Shown: positions 1-8,286 of the stretch, one piece after another
How the letters are laid out: each line of letters starts with the position of its first letter
How positions within the stretch are numbered: the stretch's first letter is position 1
Assembly: GCA_040880005.1 (NCBI GenBank)
Contig: JBBDJG010000028.1
Span: forward strand, 11,395-75,394
Length of the DNA stretch: 64,000 nucleotides
Source of the DNA: Solirubrobacterales bacterium
Lineage (GTDB): Bacteria > Actinomycetota > Thermoleophilia > Solirubrobacterales > JBBDJG01
Direction of reading: 5' to 3'
Notes under the pieces: generated by a model
Told to the model about the DNA's origin: nothing
Seen by the model: the letters and a program-made list of their open reading frames with translations, nothing else
Database searches by the model: none
Translations under genes and position numbers: made by a program

Positions 1-879
1 CTGCGGCTCTCGAACCTCGACAAGGTGCTCTACCCGGCCACCGGGTTTACCAAGGGCGAGGTGATCGACTACTACACGCGCATCGCGCCGACCGTGCTGC
101 CGCACCTGCGTAATCGCCCGTTGACGCTGAAGCGCTATCCGGACGGAGTCGAAGCCGAGCACTTCTACGAAAAGCAGGCGCCTCGCCACGCGCCGGAGTG
201 GGTCGAAACCGCGCGTATTCCCAGCGGACACACGCGCCCGTTCATCGACTTCGTGCTCGCCAACGACCGCGCGACCCTGGTGTGGCTGGCGAACCTGGCC
301 GACCTCGAGCTGCACACCTCGCTGTCAAAGGCCTCCGACGTGGACACGCCGACGATGGTCGCTTTCGACCTCGACCCCGGCGCGCCGGCGGCGCTGCTGG
401 AGTGCGCGCAGGTCGCGCTGTTGCTGCGCGACATGCTCGATGACCTCGGCTTGCGTTGCTTCGCCAAGACGTCGGGGTCGAAGGGCATTCATCTCGCCGT
501 GCCGCTCAACGTGAAGGCCTCTTATGAACGGACCAAGCCGTTTGCCCAGGCGCTCGCGCAACTGCTCGAAAAGCGACATCCCGACCGAGTCGTCTCGAAG
601 ATGACGAAGAAGTTGCGCGAGGGAAAGGTGTTGATCGACTGGAGCCAGAACGACGCCCACAAGACGACCGTGTGCGCTTACTCGCTGCGCGCACGGGAGC
701 GCCCCACGGTCTCGGCGCCGCTTGCTTGGGATGAGGTCGAGGCGGCTTCCGTGGCGGGCGATGCGGGTCGCCTCGTGTTCGAATCGCACGACGTGCTGGA
801 GCGCGTTGAGCGTCACGGCGATCTGTTCGCCCCGGTCGCCGAGGTCGAGCAGAAGCTGCCCAAGCTGCCTACCGCTTGA
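1..879 (+). CDS. Stand-alone LigD-type NHEJ primase-polymerase (PolDom) protein, 5' end cut by the window edge
   Basis: The frame is open back to position 1 (LRLSNLDKVLYP...). The translation (GFTKGEVIDYYTRIAP...LTLKRYPDGV...FYEKQAP...GSKGIHL...IDWSQN) matches the LigD polymerase-domain pattern as I know it. No ligase or nuclease domain follows. Confidence 0.8.
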   Translation: MRLSNLDKVLYPATGFTKGEVIDYYTRIAPTVLPHLRNRPLTLKRYPDGVEAEHFYEKQAPRHAPEWVETARIPSGHTRPFIDFVLANDRATLVWLANLADLELHTSLSKASDVDTPTMVAFDLDPGAPAALLECAQVALLLRDMLDDLGLRCFAKTSGSKGIHLAVPLNVKASYERTKPFAQALAQLLEKRHPDRVVSKMTKKLREGKVLIDWSQNDAHKTTVCAYSLRARERPTVSAPLAWDEVEAASVAGDAGRLVFESHDVLERVERHGDLFAPVAEVEQKLPKLPTA

Positions 880-886
880 GGGTCTT

Positions 887-1651
887 CTAGGAAGCGGCCG
901 GCTCGTTCGCTGGGACGCTCGGGGTCGGCGTCGGCGTCGGCTCGGTTACGCTCGCGCCACGCAGGAACAGCCGCATGAACGCTATGCCGTAGATCAGCCC
1001 CGCGACCGGGGCGAACGTCTCGAGTGCTTCGCCGCCGCCGGCCTTGGCCAGCTCGTGAACACCGCCGTAGAGCAGGTAGGAGGCGAACACGATCACCAGC
1101 AGGCCGGTGACCCTGAAGAACGTGCCGAGGTTGATCCGGATAGCGCCGTGATAGAACAACACGCCGAGCGCCACGGCGACGGCCACTCCCGCGAGCCCGC
1201 CGGCGATGGTCACGCCGGCACCGCTGTCGCCGGTGGCTGCAAACAGGAACAGCGCCGTTTCGAGCCCTTCGCGTGCGACGGCCACGAACGCCACCGCTGC
1301 GATCGCGAACATGCTGCCGGCCTCGATCGCCTCGCCGACTTGGGCACGGAGGTTGCCTCCGATCGTCCTCGCTTGGCGGCGCATCCAAAAGACCATCCAG
1401 GTGACGACGCCTGCCGCCATCAGCATCGCCAGGCCCTCGTAGAGCGCCTCGGCCGTGCCCTCGACCTCGCCGAGCGAAAGGAACAGGGCCGCGCCGATCG
1501 CAACGCTGGCAACGATTGCGCACGCAACTCCCATCCAAACGGCGCGGGCGTAAGTGGCGGCCTGCCCCGTCTTGACGAGGAAGGCGAGCATGATTCCGAT
1601 GATCAGGCTGGCCTCGAAGCCCTCGCGCAAGGTCACGATGAATGCGTCCAA
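887..1651 (-). CDS. FTR1/EfeU-family high-affinity iron permease
   Basis: 254 aa polytopic membrane protein with two REGxE motifs (TLREGFEAS and VAREGLETA), the hallmark of FTR1 permeases. Confidence 0.85.
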   Translation of the reverse strand: MDAFIVTLREGFEASLIIGIMLAFLVKTGQAATYARAVWMGVACAIVASVAIGAALFLSLGEVEGTAEALYEGLAMLMAAGVVTWMVFWMRRQARTIGGNLRAQVGEAIEAGSMFAIAAVAFVAVAREGLETALFLFAATGDSGAGVTIAGGLAGVAVAVALGVLFYHGAIRINLGTFFRVTGLLVIVFASYLLYGGVHELAKAGGGEALETFAPVAGLIYGIAFMRLFLRGASVTEPTPTPTPSVPANEPAAS

Positions 1652-1700
1652 GTTCTCTCCCGGTGGCGGCGGTCTGGCAGCGCCGGGAAGATAGCAGCTA

Positions 1701-1728
1701 TTAGGGTTACCTTATAAGGTTCACCTAA
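1701..1728. promoter_or_regulatory. 28-bp imperfect palindrome resembling a DtxR/IdeR-type iron box, in the divergent region between the FTR1 and hemolysin-III genes
   Basis: The sequence is TTAGGGTTACCTTA|TAAGGTTCACCTAA, with a perfect 12-bp core ACCTTATAAGGT and TTAGG...CCTAA ends. It is AT-rich in a GC-rich genome and lies about 50 bp upstream of an iron permease gene. The IdeR consensus TTAGGTTAGGCTAACCTAA is established knowledge. Confidence 0.45.
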
Positions 1729-1746
1729 AGACTCGGCCTGGTCGGG

Positions 1747-2466
1747 TTGCCCGGCCGCTATCTTGGTAGTGGTTCGGCCCCTGGGCCAGGGCTCACGGAC
1801 TGGAAGGTGTTTGGATTGGCAGAGCAGATAGCACGGGTGAAGCCGAGACTGCGCGGCGTTTCGCACGAGTACGCATTCTTCGTATCGCTGGCGACAGGCG
1901 CGGCGCTGATCCTGATCGCCGACGGGTCGCGAGCCAGGATGGCCGCCGCCGTTTATGCGGCAGCGATGACGGCACTGTTCGGCTGCAGCGCGCTGTATCA
2001 CCGCCCGAACTGGTCGGCCCCGGTGCGTCGCTGGATGCGCCGGCTCGATCACTCTTCGATCTTCCTGCTGATCGCGGGCACCTTCACGCCGTTTGCGCTG
2101 CTGGCGCTGAAGGGCACGCTCGCGACCGCGATTTTGATTGTCGTATGGGCCGCTGCGTTGAGCGGGATAGTGTTGAAGATGGCGTGGATCGACGCGCCAC
2201 GCTGGTTGACCGCGACCGTGTTCGTCGCGCTCGGCTGGGTCGGTGTGTTCGCCATGCCGCAGCTTTGGGACGCGCTCGGTCCCGCCGCGGTCCTGCTGCT
2301 GGCCACCGGCGGCGTGCTCTACACGGTGGGGGCGGTCATCTACGCGCGCAAGCGCCCCGACCCCAAGCCGGCCGTGTTCGGCTACCACGAGATATTTCAC
2401 CTGCTCGTGATCGGCGCGGCCGCGCTCCACTACTCGGTGATCGCGCTGTTCGTGCTGCCGGCTTAG
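1747..2466 (+). CDS. Hemolysin III / PAQR-family membrane protein (start uncertain; GTG at 1837 is plausible)
   Basis: Seven predicted TM segments plus the family motifs RLRGVSHEYAF, YHRPNW, LDHSSIF and HEIFHLLV. Confidence 0.85.
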   Translation: MPGRYLGSGSAPGPGLTDWKVFGLAEQIARVKPRLRGVSHEYAFFVSLATGAALILIADGSRARMAAAVYAAAMTALFGCSALYHRPNWSAPVRRWMRRLDHSSIFLLIAGTFTPFALLALKGTLATAILIVVWAAALSGIVLKMAWIDAPRWLTATVFVALGWVGVFAMPQLWDALGPAAVLLLATGGVLYTVGAVIYARKRPDPKPAVFGYHEIFHLLVIGAAALHYSVIALFVLPA

Positions 2467-2539
2467 GCGTAGTTCTCAGACCGGCCGCCCGGCGAGCCGA
2501 ATAGCATTGACTCCGGTTTCCGAGATCGCGGGAGGTTCA

Positions 2540-2809
2540 ATGGCAACACAAGTGAAGCTGGCCGGCGGCGAACTGTTCTCGATCGCGAGCCCGCTCAGCG
2601 AGGTCGTATCGGCGCTCAGCTCAGACGCGCGCCTGGTGGCGCTGCAAAGCGCGTACGGCGGAACCGTCTACATAAACCCCGCTCAAGTGCTGGCCGTGGA
2701 CGAGCCGCCGGGCCTGGGGATGGGCAAGCCGGAATTGGAGCAGGAGGAGCCTGCTCCTGCTGCCGCACCGAGCGACGCTTCGCCAAGCCAGCCGCCGCCG
2801 GGCCTGTAG
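2540..2809 (+). CDS. Small hypothetical protein with a Pro/Glu-rich tail
   Basis: ATG at 2540 follows GGGAGG by 4 nt. I recognise no family. The stop codon abuts the duplicated tRNA-Arg 3' segment. Confidence 0.4.
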   Translation: MATQVKLAGGELFSIASPLSEVVSALSSDARLVALQSAYGGTVYINPAQVLAVDEPPGLGMGKPELEQEEPAPAAAPSDASPSQPPPGL

Positions 2810-2865
2810 CGCCGGACGCGCGCAGCAGGATTCGAACCCAGCGAGGCCGGAGGCCAAGCGATGTC
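2809..2865 (-). repeat. Degenerate partial copy of tRNA-Arg(CCG), from the anticodon loop to the 3' end plus 8 nt of flank
   Basis: Positions 2809-2838 are identical over 30 bp to 2890-2919 (GCGCCGGACGCGCGCAGCAGGATTCGAACC). Similarity then decays but keeps CCGGAGG, the anticodon-loop region. An inverted T-arm piece GGGTCGAATCC lies at 2870-2880. Confidence 0.7.
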
Positions 2866-2897
2866 GCAGGGTCGAATCCATGGGTGCTGGCGCCGGA

Positions 2898-2970
<73 letters not shown>

Positions 2971-2979
2971 TCGGTGCGG

Positions 2980-3006
2980 ATTGTAGGGCGAAGCGGTTAA
3001 CTTCAA
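2980..3006 (-). promoter_or_regulatory. Candidate promoter of tRNA-Arg
   Basis: On the minus strand: TTGAAG (3001-3006), a 15-16 nt spacer, TACAAT (2980-2985), then 9 nt to the mature tRNA 5' end. Confidence 0.5.
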
Positions 3007-3114
3007 GCAGCAAGCAGGCGAAGCGGGCTCTGGTCGAGCGAGCGCCGAACCGCCGCAACGATCGCGGCCCGTATACAGCAAGCCTCCGGCGTGTGAGCGC
3101 CCGCAACGCCGTGG

Positions 3115-3648
3115 TCAGCTCACGGGTGCCGGGGCGCCAGAGCGCGAGCTGACGCGCTTCGTCTTGCTGCTCTCGGGCGCTCGCCGATAGGCCACGTACA
3201 GCAACATCATGCCGACCGGTACGACGATGTCCAAGTACAAGGGCAGCCCCGCGTTGCCGGGCTCGTGGTTGTTGTTGGCGACGATCTGGTGGATGTGTCC
3301 ATAGGCGTCGCCGAGCAGGAACACTGACGCCGCGACGATCGTCGCGAGCCAGAACTCGTCGCGGAAGCGCAGACACATCAGGCCTAGTACACCGATCGCC
3401 AGGTCCGCCATCGCGACCTCGAACTGGAACGGATTACCAGCGGGAAAGCCGATCTCCTTGGCGGTCTGGTCCGCCATGAAGGTGTGCGCGACCGCCGCCA
3501 TGACCCCGGTCAGGCCGACCAGGACTCCGAACGTCCACAGCAGGCATATTTGGAGCACACGCTTGCGCGTTCGACCCTCTTTGGTGCGGTGCAGATGGAT
3601 CGCGGCGCCCGCGATCGCGAGCGCGAAATAGAAGATGTAGATCCCCAT
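3115..3648 (-). CDS. Hypothetical integral membrane protein (about 5 TM)
   Basis: Starts MGIYIFYFALAIAG. The start was chosen at the internal ATG because the upstream part of the 195-aa ORF is non-membrane and overlaps the rnz leader. Confidence 0.6.
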   Translation of the reverse strand: MGIYIFYFALAIAGAAIHLHRTKEGRTRKRVLQICLLWTFGVLVGLTGVMAAVAHTFMADQTAKEIGFPAGNPFQFEVAMADLAIGVLGLMCLRFRDEFWLATIVAASVFLLGDAYGHIHQIVANNNHEPGNAGLPLYLDIVVPVGMMLLYVAYRRAPESSKTKRVSSRSGAPAPVS

Positions 3649-3776
3649 CGAGCCTGGCTCCTTCCGTCCCTCGCTTGGTCTGCAAGTCGCATCGGGTGCC
3701 ACGGATCCACCCTTTAGCCACCATGCCGGCGCTGGACGCCCCGGTTCGCGCCCGCGTCCGCGAAGATACGCGGACG

Positions 3777-4757
3777 ATGGACCTCTCCGTGCTCTTCCTG
3801 GGAACGGCAGGCTCGATGCCGACCGTGCAACGAGCCCCTGCCAGCCTGCTGATAAGGCGTGGTGGCGACCGCATCCTGATCGACTGCGGTGAGGGCGCCC
3901 AGCGCCAGTTGCTGCGCTCCGTCGGGCTGCCGGAGCTGGAGCACATATTCATCACGCACTACCACGCGGATCATTTCCTGGGACTGCCCGGCATGCTGAA
4001 GACGTTTGCGCTTCGGGGGCGCGAACTTCCACTGACCGTGTACGGGCCGCGCGGGCTCGAGGGCCTGATGGCGGACCTGCGGCGAATCTACGGCAGGCTC
4101 AGCTACCAGCTCGAGGTGCGCGAGCTGTCGGCGGGCGAGGCGGTCGAGTTCGACGCCTACAGGATCGGAGCGTTCGCGGTGGAGCACAGCACCGAGGCGC
4201 TTGGCTACGCGCTGGTCGAGGACGCGCGCCCGGGACGCTTCGACGTCGATCGCGCGCGAGGACTAGGCGTACCCGGTGGCCCGCTGTTCGGGGCGCTGCA
4301 ACGTGGGGAGTCGATCGAGCTGAATGGCGCAACGATCGAGCCCGCCGAGGTGATGGGCGACGCGCGACCCGGTCGCACGCTCGTGTTCAGCGGCGACACG
4401 CGTCCGTGTGAGTCCACGGCGCTGATTGCGCGTGGCGCCGACCTGCTCGTGCACGAAGGAACCTTTGCCGAGCAGGAGGCCGACCGCGCCCGTCAGACCG
4501 CGCACTCGACGGCACGCGAGGCCGCGGAGCTGGCACTCGGCGCGGGCGTTGCGATGCTCGCCATCGTTCACCTCTCGCCGCGTTACTTAGCTCCGGAGAT
4601 CGAAAAGGAGGCACGCGCCGTGTTCGCGAACACGGTCGTGCCACGCGACTTCGACCTGGTCGAGATTCCGTTCAGTGAGAAGGGTGTGCCCGAGCTGATT
4701 CGATGGAAGGACTACCGCGAACGGGTGGCCGCTGAGCTCGCCGGGAAGTCCAGTTGA
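3777..4757 (+). CDS. rnz: Ribonuclease Z (tRNA 3' endonuclease)
   Basis: MDLSVLFLGTAGSMPT...LLIRRGGDRILIDCGEGAQRQL...ITHYHADHFLGLPGML carries the metallo-beta-lactamase HxHxDH motif in an RNase Z context. Confidence 0.85.
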   Translation: MDLSVLFLGTAGSMPTVQRAPASLLIRRGGDRILIDCGEGAQRQLLRSVGLPELEHIFITHYHADHFLGLPGMLKTFALRGRELPLTVYGPRGLEGLMADLRRIYGRLSYQLEVRELSAGEAVEFDAYRIGAFAVEHSTEALGYALVEDARPGRFDVDRARGLGVPGGPLFGALQRGESIELNGATIEPAEVMGDARPGRTLVFSGDTRPCESTALIARGADLLVHEGTFAEQEADRARQTAHSTAREAAELALGAGVAMLAIVHLSPRYLAPEIEKEARAVFANTVVPRDFDLVEIPFSEKGVPELIRWKDYRERVAAELAGKSS

Positions 4758-4822
4758 CCGTGGTCGGCCGTGCCGGTCGCTGTCGGAGGACGCTGCTACA
4801 CTCGCCATGTCGGTTCCTTTAA

Positions 4823-4850
4823 CCCGGTCCCGAGAGGCCAGGAAGGTTCC
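4823..4850 (+). promoter_or_regulatory. PyrR-binding RNA loop overlapping the pyrR Shine-Dalgarno sequence
   Basis: GGTCCCGAGAGGCCAGGAAGG closely matches the known PyrR binding-loop core GUCCAGAGAGGCUGAGAAGG. GGAAGG (4841-4846) is the only SD for the TTG start at 4855. A TACACT -10-like hexamer lies at 4797-4802. Confidence 0.7.
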
Positions 4851-4854
4851 AGGT

Positions 4855-5415
4855 TTGACCCAAGGCAACAAGCTCGTCCTCGATCGTGACGACGTGCGCC
4901 GCACGCTGGTGCGGATCGCTCACGAGATCGTGGAACAGAATGGCAACGAGGGCGGGATCGCCATCGTCGGCATCCACTCTCGCGGCGCCCACATGGCCAA
5001 GCGCCTGCATACGCTGGTCGAAGAGCTGGTGGAAGGGCCGGTGCCCTTGGGGGAGATCGACATCAGCTTCTACCGCGACGACGTCGGTGCGCGCCCGATC
5101 GCGGACCAGCCGGTTGTGCACTCGTCTCGAATCGACTTTCCGCTCGACGACAAGACGGTCGTGCTCGTCGATGACGTGCTCTTCACCGGTCGCACCGTGC
5201 GCGCCGGGATCGAGGCGTTGTTCGACTACGGGCGTCCCGCGCGAGTTCAACTCGCGGTGCTGGTCGATCGCGGGCACCGCGAGCTTCCGATCAGGCCCGA
5301 CTACATCGGCAAGAATCTGCCGACATCGCGTGGAGAGCGCGTCAACGTGAAACTCGAAGAGCAGGACGGCGTCGACGAGGTGGAAATCGTCGTTGTGGAG
5401 GAGGTTGAGGCATGA
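4855..5415 (+). CDS. pyrR: Bifunctional pyrimidine operon regulator / uracil phosphoribosyltransferase PyrR (TTG start preferred; ATG at 4807 is the alternative)
   Basis: LDRDDVRRTLVRIAHEIVEQN...IVGIHSRGAHMAKRL...VVLVDDVLFTGRTVRA carries the PRTase motif and is the first gene of the pyr operon. Confidence 0.9.
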   Translation: MTQGNKLVLDRDDVRRTLVRIAHEIVEQNGNEGGIAIVGIHSRGAHMAKRLHTLVEELVEGPVPLGEIDISFYRDDVGARPIADQPVVHSSRIDFPLDDKTVVLVDDVLFTGRTVRAGIEALFDYGRPARVQLAVLVDRGHRELPIRPDYIGKNLPTSRGERVNVKLEEQDGVDEVEIVVVEEVEA

Positions 5416-6359
5416 AGCATCTCCTGTCGGTCTCTGATCTCGAGCGGGAGGACATCGAGCGCATCCTCGCACTTGCGGATAGCTTCGCGGAGATCGCCGA
5501 GCGCGACGTGAAGAAGGTGCCGACGCTGCGCGGTCGCACGATCGTGAATCTGTTCTACGAGTCGAGCACTCGCACCAGCTCGTCTTTCGAGCTGGCCGCC
5601 AAACGACTGTCGGCGGACTTGATCAACATCAAGACGGCAGGGTCGGCGGTTGACAAAGGCGAGTCGTTACGCGACACGATCGCGACCCTTTCCGCATACG
5701 ATCCGGCCGCGATCGTGATTCGCTCGCCGTGGGCGGGGGCGGCGCAGATCGTCGCCGGTCACACGCAGTCCGCCGTGATCAATGCCGGCGACGGCAAGCA
5801 CGAACATCCCAGCCAGGCGCTGCTCGACGTCTTCGTGCTCAAGCGCCACCTCGGCTCGCTCGAGGGCGTCGAAATATGGATTGTCGGGGACGTCGCCCAT
5901 AGTCGTGTCGCGCGCTCCGGAGTGCAGGCGTTCACGCGCATGGGCGCTCGCGTGACCGTCTGCGGACCGCCGACCCTGATTCCGCGCGACGTGGAGAGCC
6001 TCGGCTGCAAGGTTTCCTACAACCTCGACCGTTTGCGCGAGGCCGACGTGGTGTACGCGCTGCGCATGCAGAACGAGCGCATGGATGAAGCCTTGGTGCC
6101 GAGCCTGCGCGAGTACGCGAGCTGCTTCCAGATCGACGGCAGGCGAATCGAGCCACGCCAGCTCGTCATGCACCCCGGTCCGGTAAACCGCGGCGTCGAG
6201 CTGTCGGCGGACGTGATCGACTCGGCCCAGGCGCTGATCACGGAGCAGGTCGCGGCTGGCCTGGTCGTGCGGATGGCGATTCTCTACGACCTGCTGTCGG
6301 GTGGGGGCGAGGGCTCGGGTGCGGGCGCGCCGGTGCCCCCGGTGGAGCAACCGGCATGA
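5412..6359 (+). CDS. pyrB: Aspartate carbamoyltransferase catalytic subunit
   Basis: The motifs FYESSTRTSSSFE and HPSQALLD are present. An ATGA overlap links it to pyrR. Confidence 0.95.
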   Translation: MKHLLSVSDLEREDIERILALADSFAEIAERDVKKVPTLRGRTIVNLFYESSTRTSSSFELAAKRLSADLINIKTAGSAVDKGESLRDTIATLSAYDPAAIVIRSPWAGAAQIVAGHTQSAVINAGDGKHEHPSQALLDVFVLKRHLGSLEGVEIWIVGDVAHSRVARSGVQAFTRMGARVTVCGPPTLIPRDVESLGCKVSYNLDRLREADVVYALRMQNERMDEALVPSLREYASCFQIDGRRIEPRQLVMHPGPVNRGVELSADVIDSAQALITEQVAAGLVVRMAILYDLLSGGGEGSGAGAPVPPVEQPA

Positions 6360-7747
6360 GTGTCGCAGACGGCCCGACGCGTTTTCCGCGGCTGAAGCTC
6401 TTCTCGCGCGCTACCCACGACGCGAATGTGGTTTTGAGCGGCGCACACTTGATCGATCCGCGCGCAGATATCGAAGGCACGTTCGACCTCGTCGTCCGGG
6501 ACGGGGAGATCGCCGAGCTGTGCACACCGGGCGCAGTGGCCCCGACCTCTGACACCGAGCTGGTCGATGCGCGCGGCCTTACGGTGCTGCCGGGGTTCGT
6601 GGACCCGCACGTCCACCTTCGCACGCCGGGGCGCGAGGACGAGGAGGACCTGGAGTCCGGTACCCGTGCCGCAGCGGCAGGCGGGTTCTGCGCCGTGCTG
6701 GCGATGCCCAACACCGATCCGGTGACCGACAACGCCGCCGTGCTGTGTTCGCTCCAGGAACGAGCATCCGAGCAGGCCAACGTGCCGGTCGGGTTCTTCT
6801 GCTCGATCACGCGGGAGATGGCGGGCACCGACCTGAGCGAGATGGCGGAGCTTGCGCTCGAGGGCGCCGCGGGCTTCACCGACGACGGCGTGCCCGTGCG
6901 CGAGGCGCGCGTGATGCGGCGCGCGTTGCAGTACCAGCGTCTGAGCGGAGCTGTGCTCGCCCTGCACGAAGAGGACCCGTCGCTGTCGGGCAAAGGAGTC
7001 ATGCACGAGGGCGCCGTATCGACCCAGCTCGGCCTGGCGGGCATCCCATCGGTGTCCGAGAGCACGATGATCGATCGCGATGCGGAGCTAGCCCGCTACG
7101 AGGACGGACGCATCCACGTCTTGCATCTCTCGGCCGCGGAGTCGGTCGAGGCGGTCGCGCATGCCAAGCAGCGCGGCACGCGGGTGACCGCGGAGGTCAC
7201 TCCCCATCACCTCACGCTCACCGACGATCGGGTGCGCTCGCTCGACTCCAACCTCAAGATGAATCCGCCGCTGCGCTCGGAGTCCGACCGCCAAGCCTTG
7301 ATCGACGGGCTGCGCTCCGGCGTGATCGACTGCGTTGCGACCGATCACGCGCCGCACTCGCGCGAGGAGAAGGAGATGCCCTTCGAGCAGGCGCCGATGG
7401 GGGTCACGGGGCTCGAGACAGCCTTCGCGGCTCTCTACACGGACCTCGTGGCACCGGGCGTGATCTCGCTGGAGCTGCTACTGGAACGCATGACGTCGGC
7501 CGGCAAGCTGTTCGGGCTGGCGGCGCCGACCCTGGCGCAGGGCGCGCCCGCCAACCTCTGCTTGATCGATCTGGAATCGAGTTGGACCGTGGGCGAGTCG
7601 GGTTACGAGAGCAGGTCGTCCAACTCCTGTTTTGCGGGACGTTCGCTGCAGGGCAAAGTCTTGATGACGCTGGCGTCTGGGTCGGTTGCGTTCCGCGAGC
7701 GTTCGTTCTCGATCAGGCTTGCCTCCGCGACGGAGGGCGGCAGATGA
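6356..7747 (+). CDS. pyrC: Dihydroorotase
   Basis: GFVDPHVHLRTPG, MPNTDP and DCVATDHAPH give the amidohydrolase metal ligands. An ATGA overlap links it to pyrB. Confidence 0.9.
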   Translation: MSVADGPTRFPRLKLFSRATHDANVVLSGAHLIDPRADIEGTFDLVVRDGEIAELCTPGAVAPTSDTELVDARGLTVLPGFVDPHVHLRTPGREDEEDLESGTRAAAAGGFCAVLAMPNTDPVTDNAAVLCSLQERASEQANVPVGFFCSITREMAGTDLSEMAELALEGAAGFTDDGVPVREARVMRRALQYQRLSGAVLALHEEDPSLSGKGVMHEGAVSTQLGLAGIPSVSESTMIDRDAELARYEDGRIHVLHLSAAESVEAVAHAKQRGTRVTAEVTPHHLTLTDDRVRSLDSNLKMNPPLRSESDRQALIDGLRSGVIDCVATDHAPHSREEKEMPFEQAPMGVTGLETAFAALYTDLVAPGVISLELLLERMTSAGKLFGLAAPTLAQGAPANLCLIDLESSWTVGESGYESRSSNSCFAGRSLQGKVLMTLASGSVAFRERSFSIRLASATEGGR

Positions 7748-8286
7748 AACTCGACCGCTCGCGCGCGGCGCTGATCGTGGTGGACGTGCAGGAGGCGTTT
7801 CGGCCGGCGGTTCTCGACTTCGAGCGGATAGCGCTCAACACGGCGGTGCTGGTGCAGGGCGCGCGGATACTGGAGCTGCCGGTGCTGGTGACCGAGCAAT
7901 ACCCGAAGGGCCTCGGGCACACCGTGCCCGAGGTGGCAGAGCACCTCGAAGGCATAGAGCCGATCGAGAAGATGGCGTTCAGCGCTGCGGCTGCGGCGAG
8001 CTTTCCGGGAACGCTGCAAAACAGCGGCCGCGACCAGGTGCTGCTGTGCGGGATCGAGTCGCACGTGTGCGTCAATCAAACGGCCGAGGATCTGCTCGCG
8101 GATGACTTGGAGGTGCACGTCGCGCGCGATGCGGTCACCTCTCGCAGCGAGGAGAACCGGGAGCTGGGCCTGCGCAAGATGGAGCGCTCGGGCGCGATGC
8201 TGACCAGCGTCGAGACGGCGTTGTTCGAGCTGCTCAGAGAGGCCGGGACTCCCGAGTTCAAGCAGATTCAGGCGTTGATCAAATGA
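7744..8286 (+). CDS. Isochorismatase-family hydrolase embedded in the pyr operon
   Basis: ALIVVDVQEAF...LPVLVTEQYPKGLGHTVPEV...LLCGIESHVCVNQTA carries the catalytic Cys of cysteine hydrolases. ATGA overlaps link it to both pyrC and carA. Only the last 180 aa of track ORF 6745..8286 are real. Confidence 0.8.
   Translation: MKLDRSRAALIVVDVQEAFRPAVLDFERIALNTAVLVQGARILELPVLVTEQYPKGLGHTVPEVAEHLEGIEPIEKMAFSAAAAASFPGTLQNSGRDQVLLCGIESHVCVNQTAEDLLADDLEVHVARDAVTSRSEENRELGLRKMERSGAMLTSVETALFELLREAGTPEFKQIQALIK

Noticed and set aside
6745-7743. The N-terminal 333 aa of the 513-aa ORF 6745..8286.
   Set aside because: This part overlaps pyrC out of frame. Only the segment from ATG 7744 (MKLDRSRAALIVVDVQ...) has isochorismatase-family similarity, and it is coupled to the pyrC stop.
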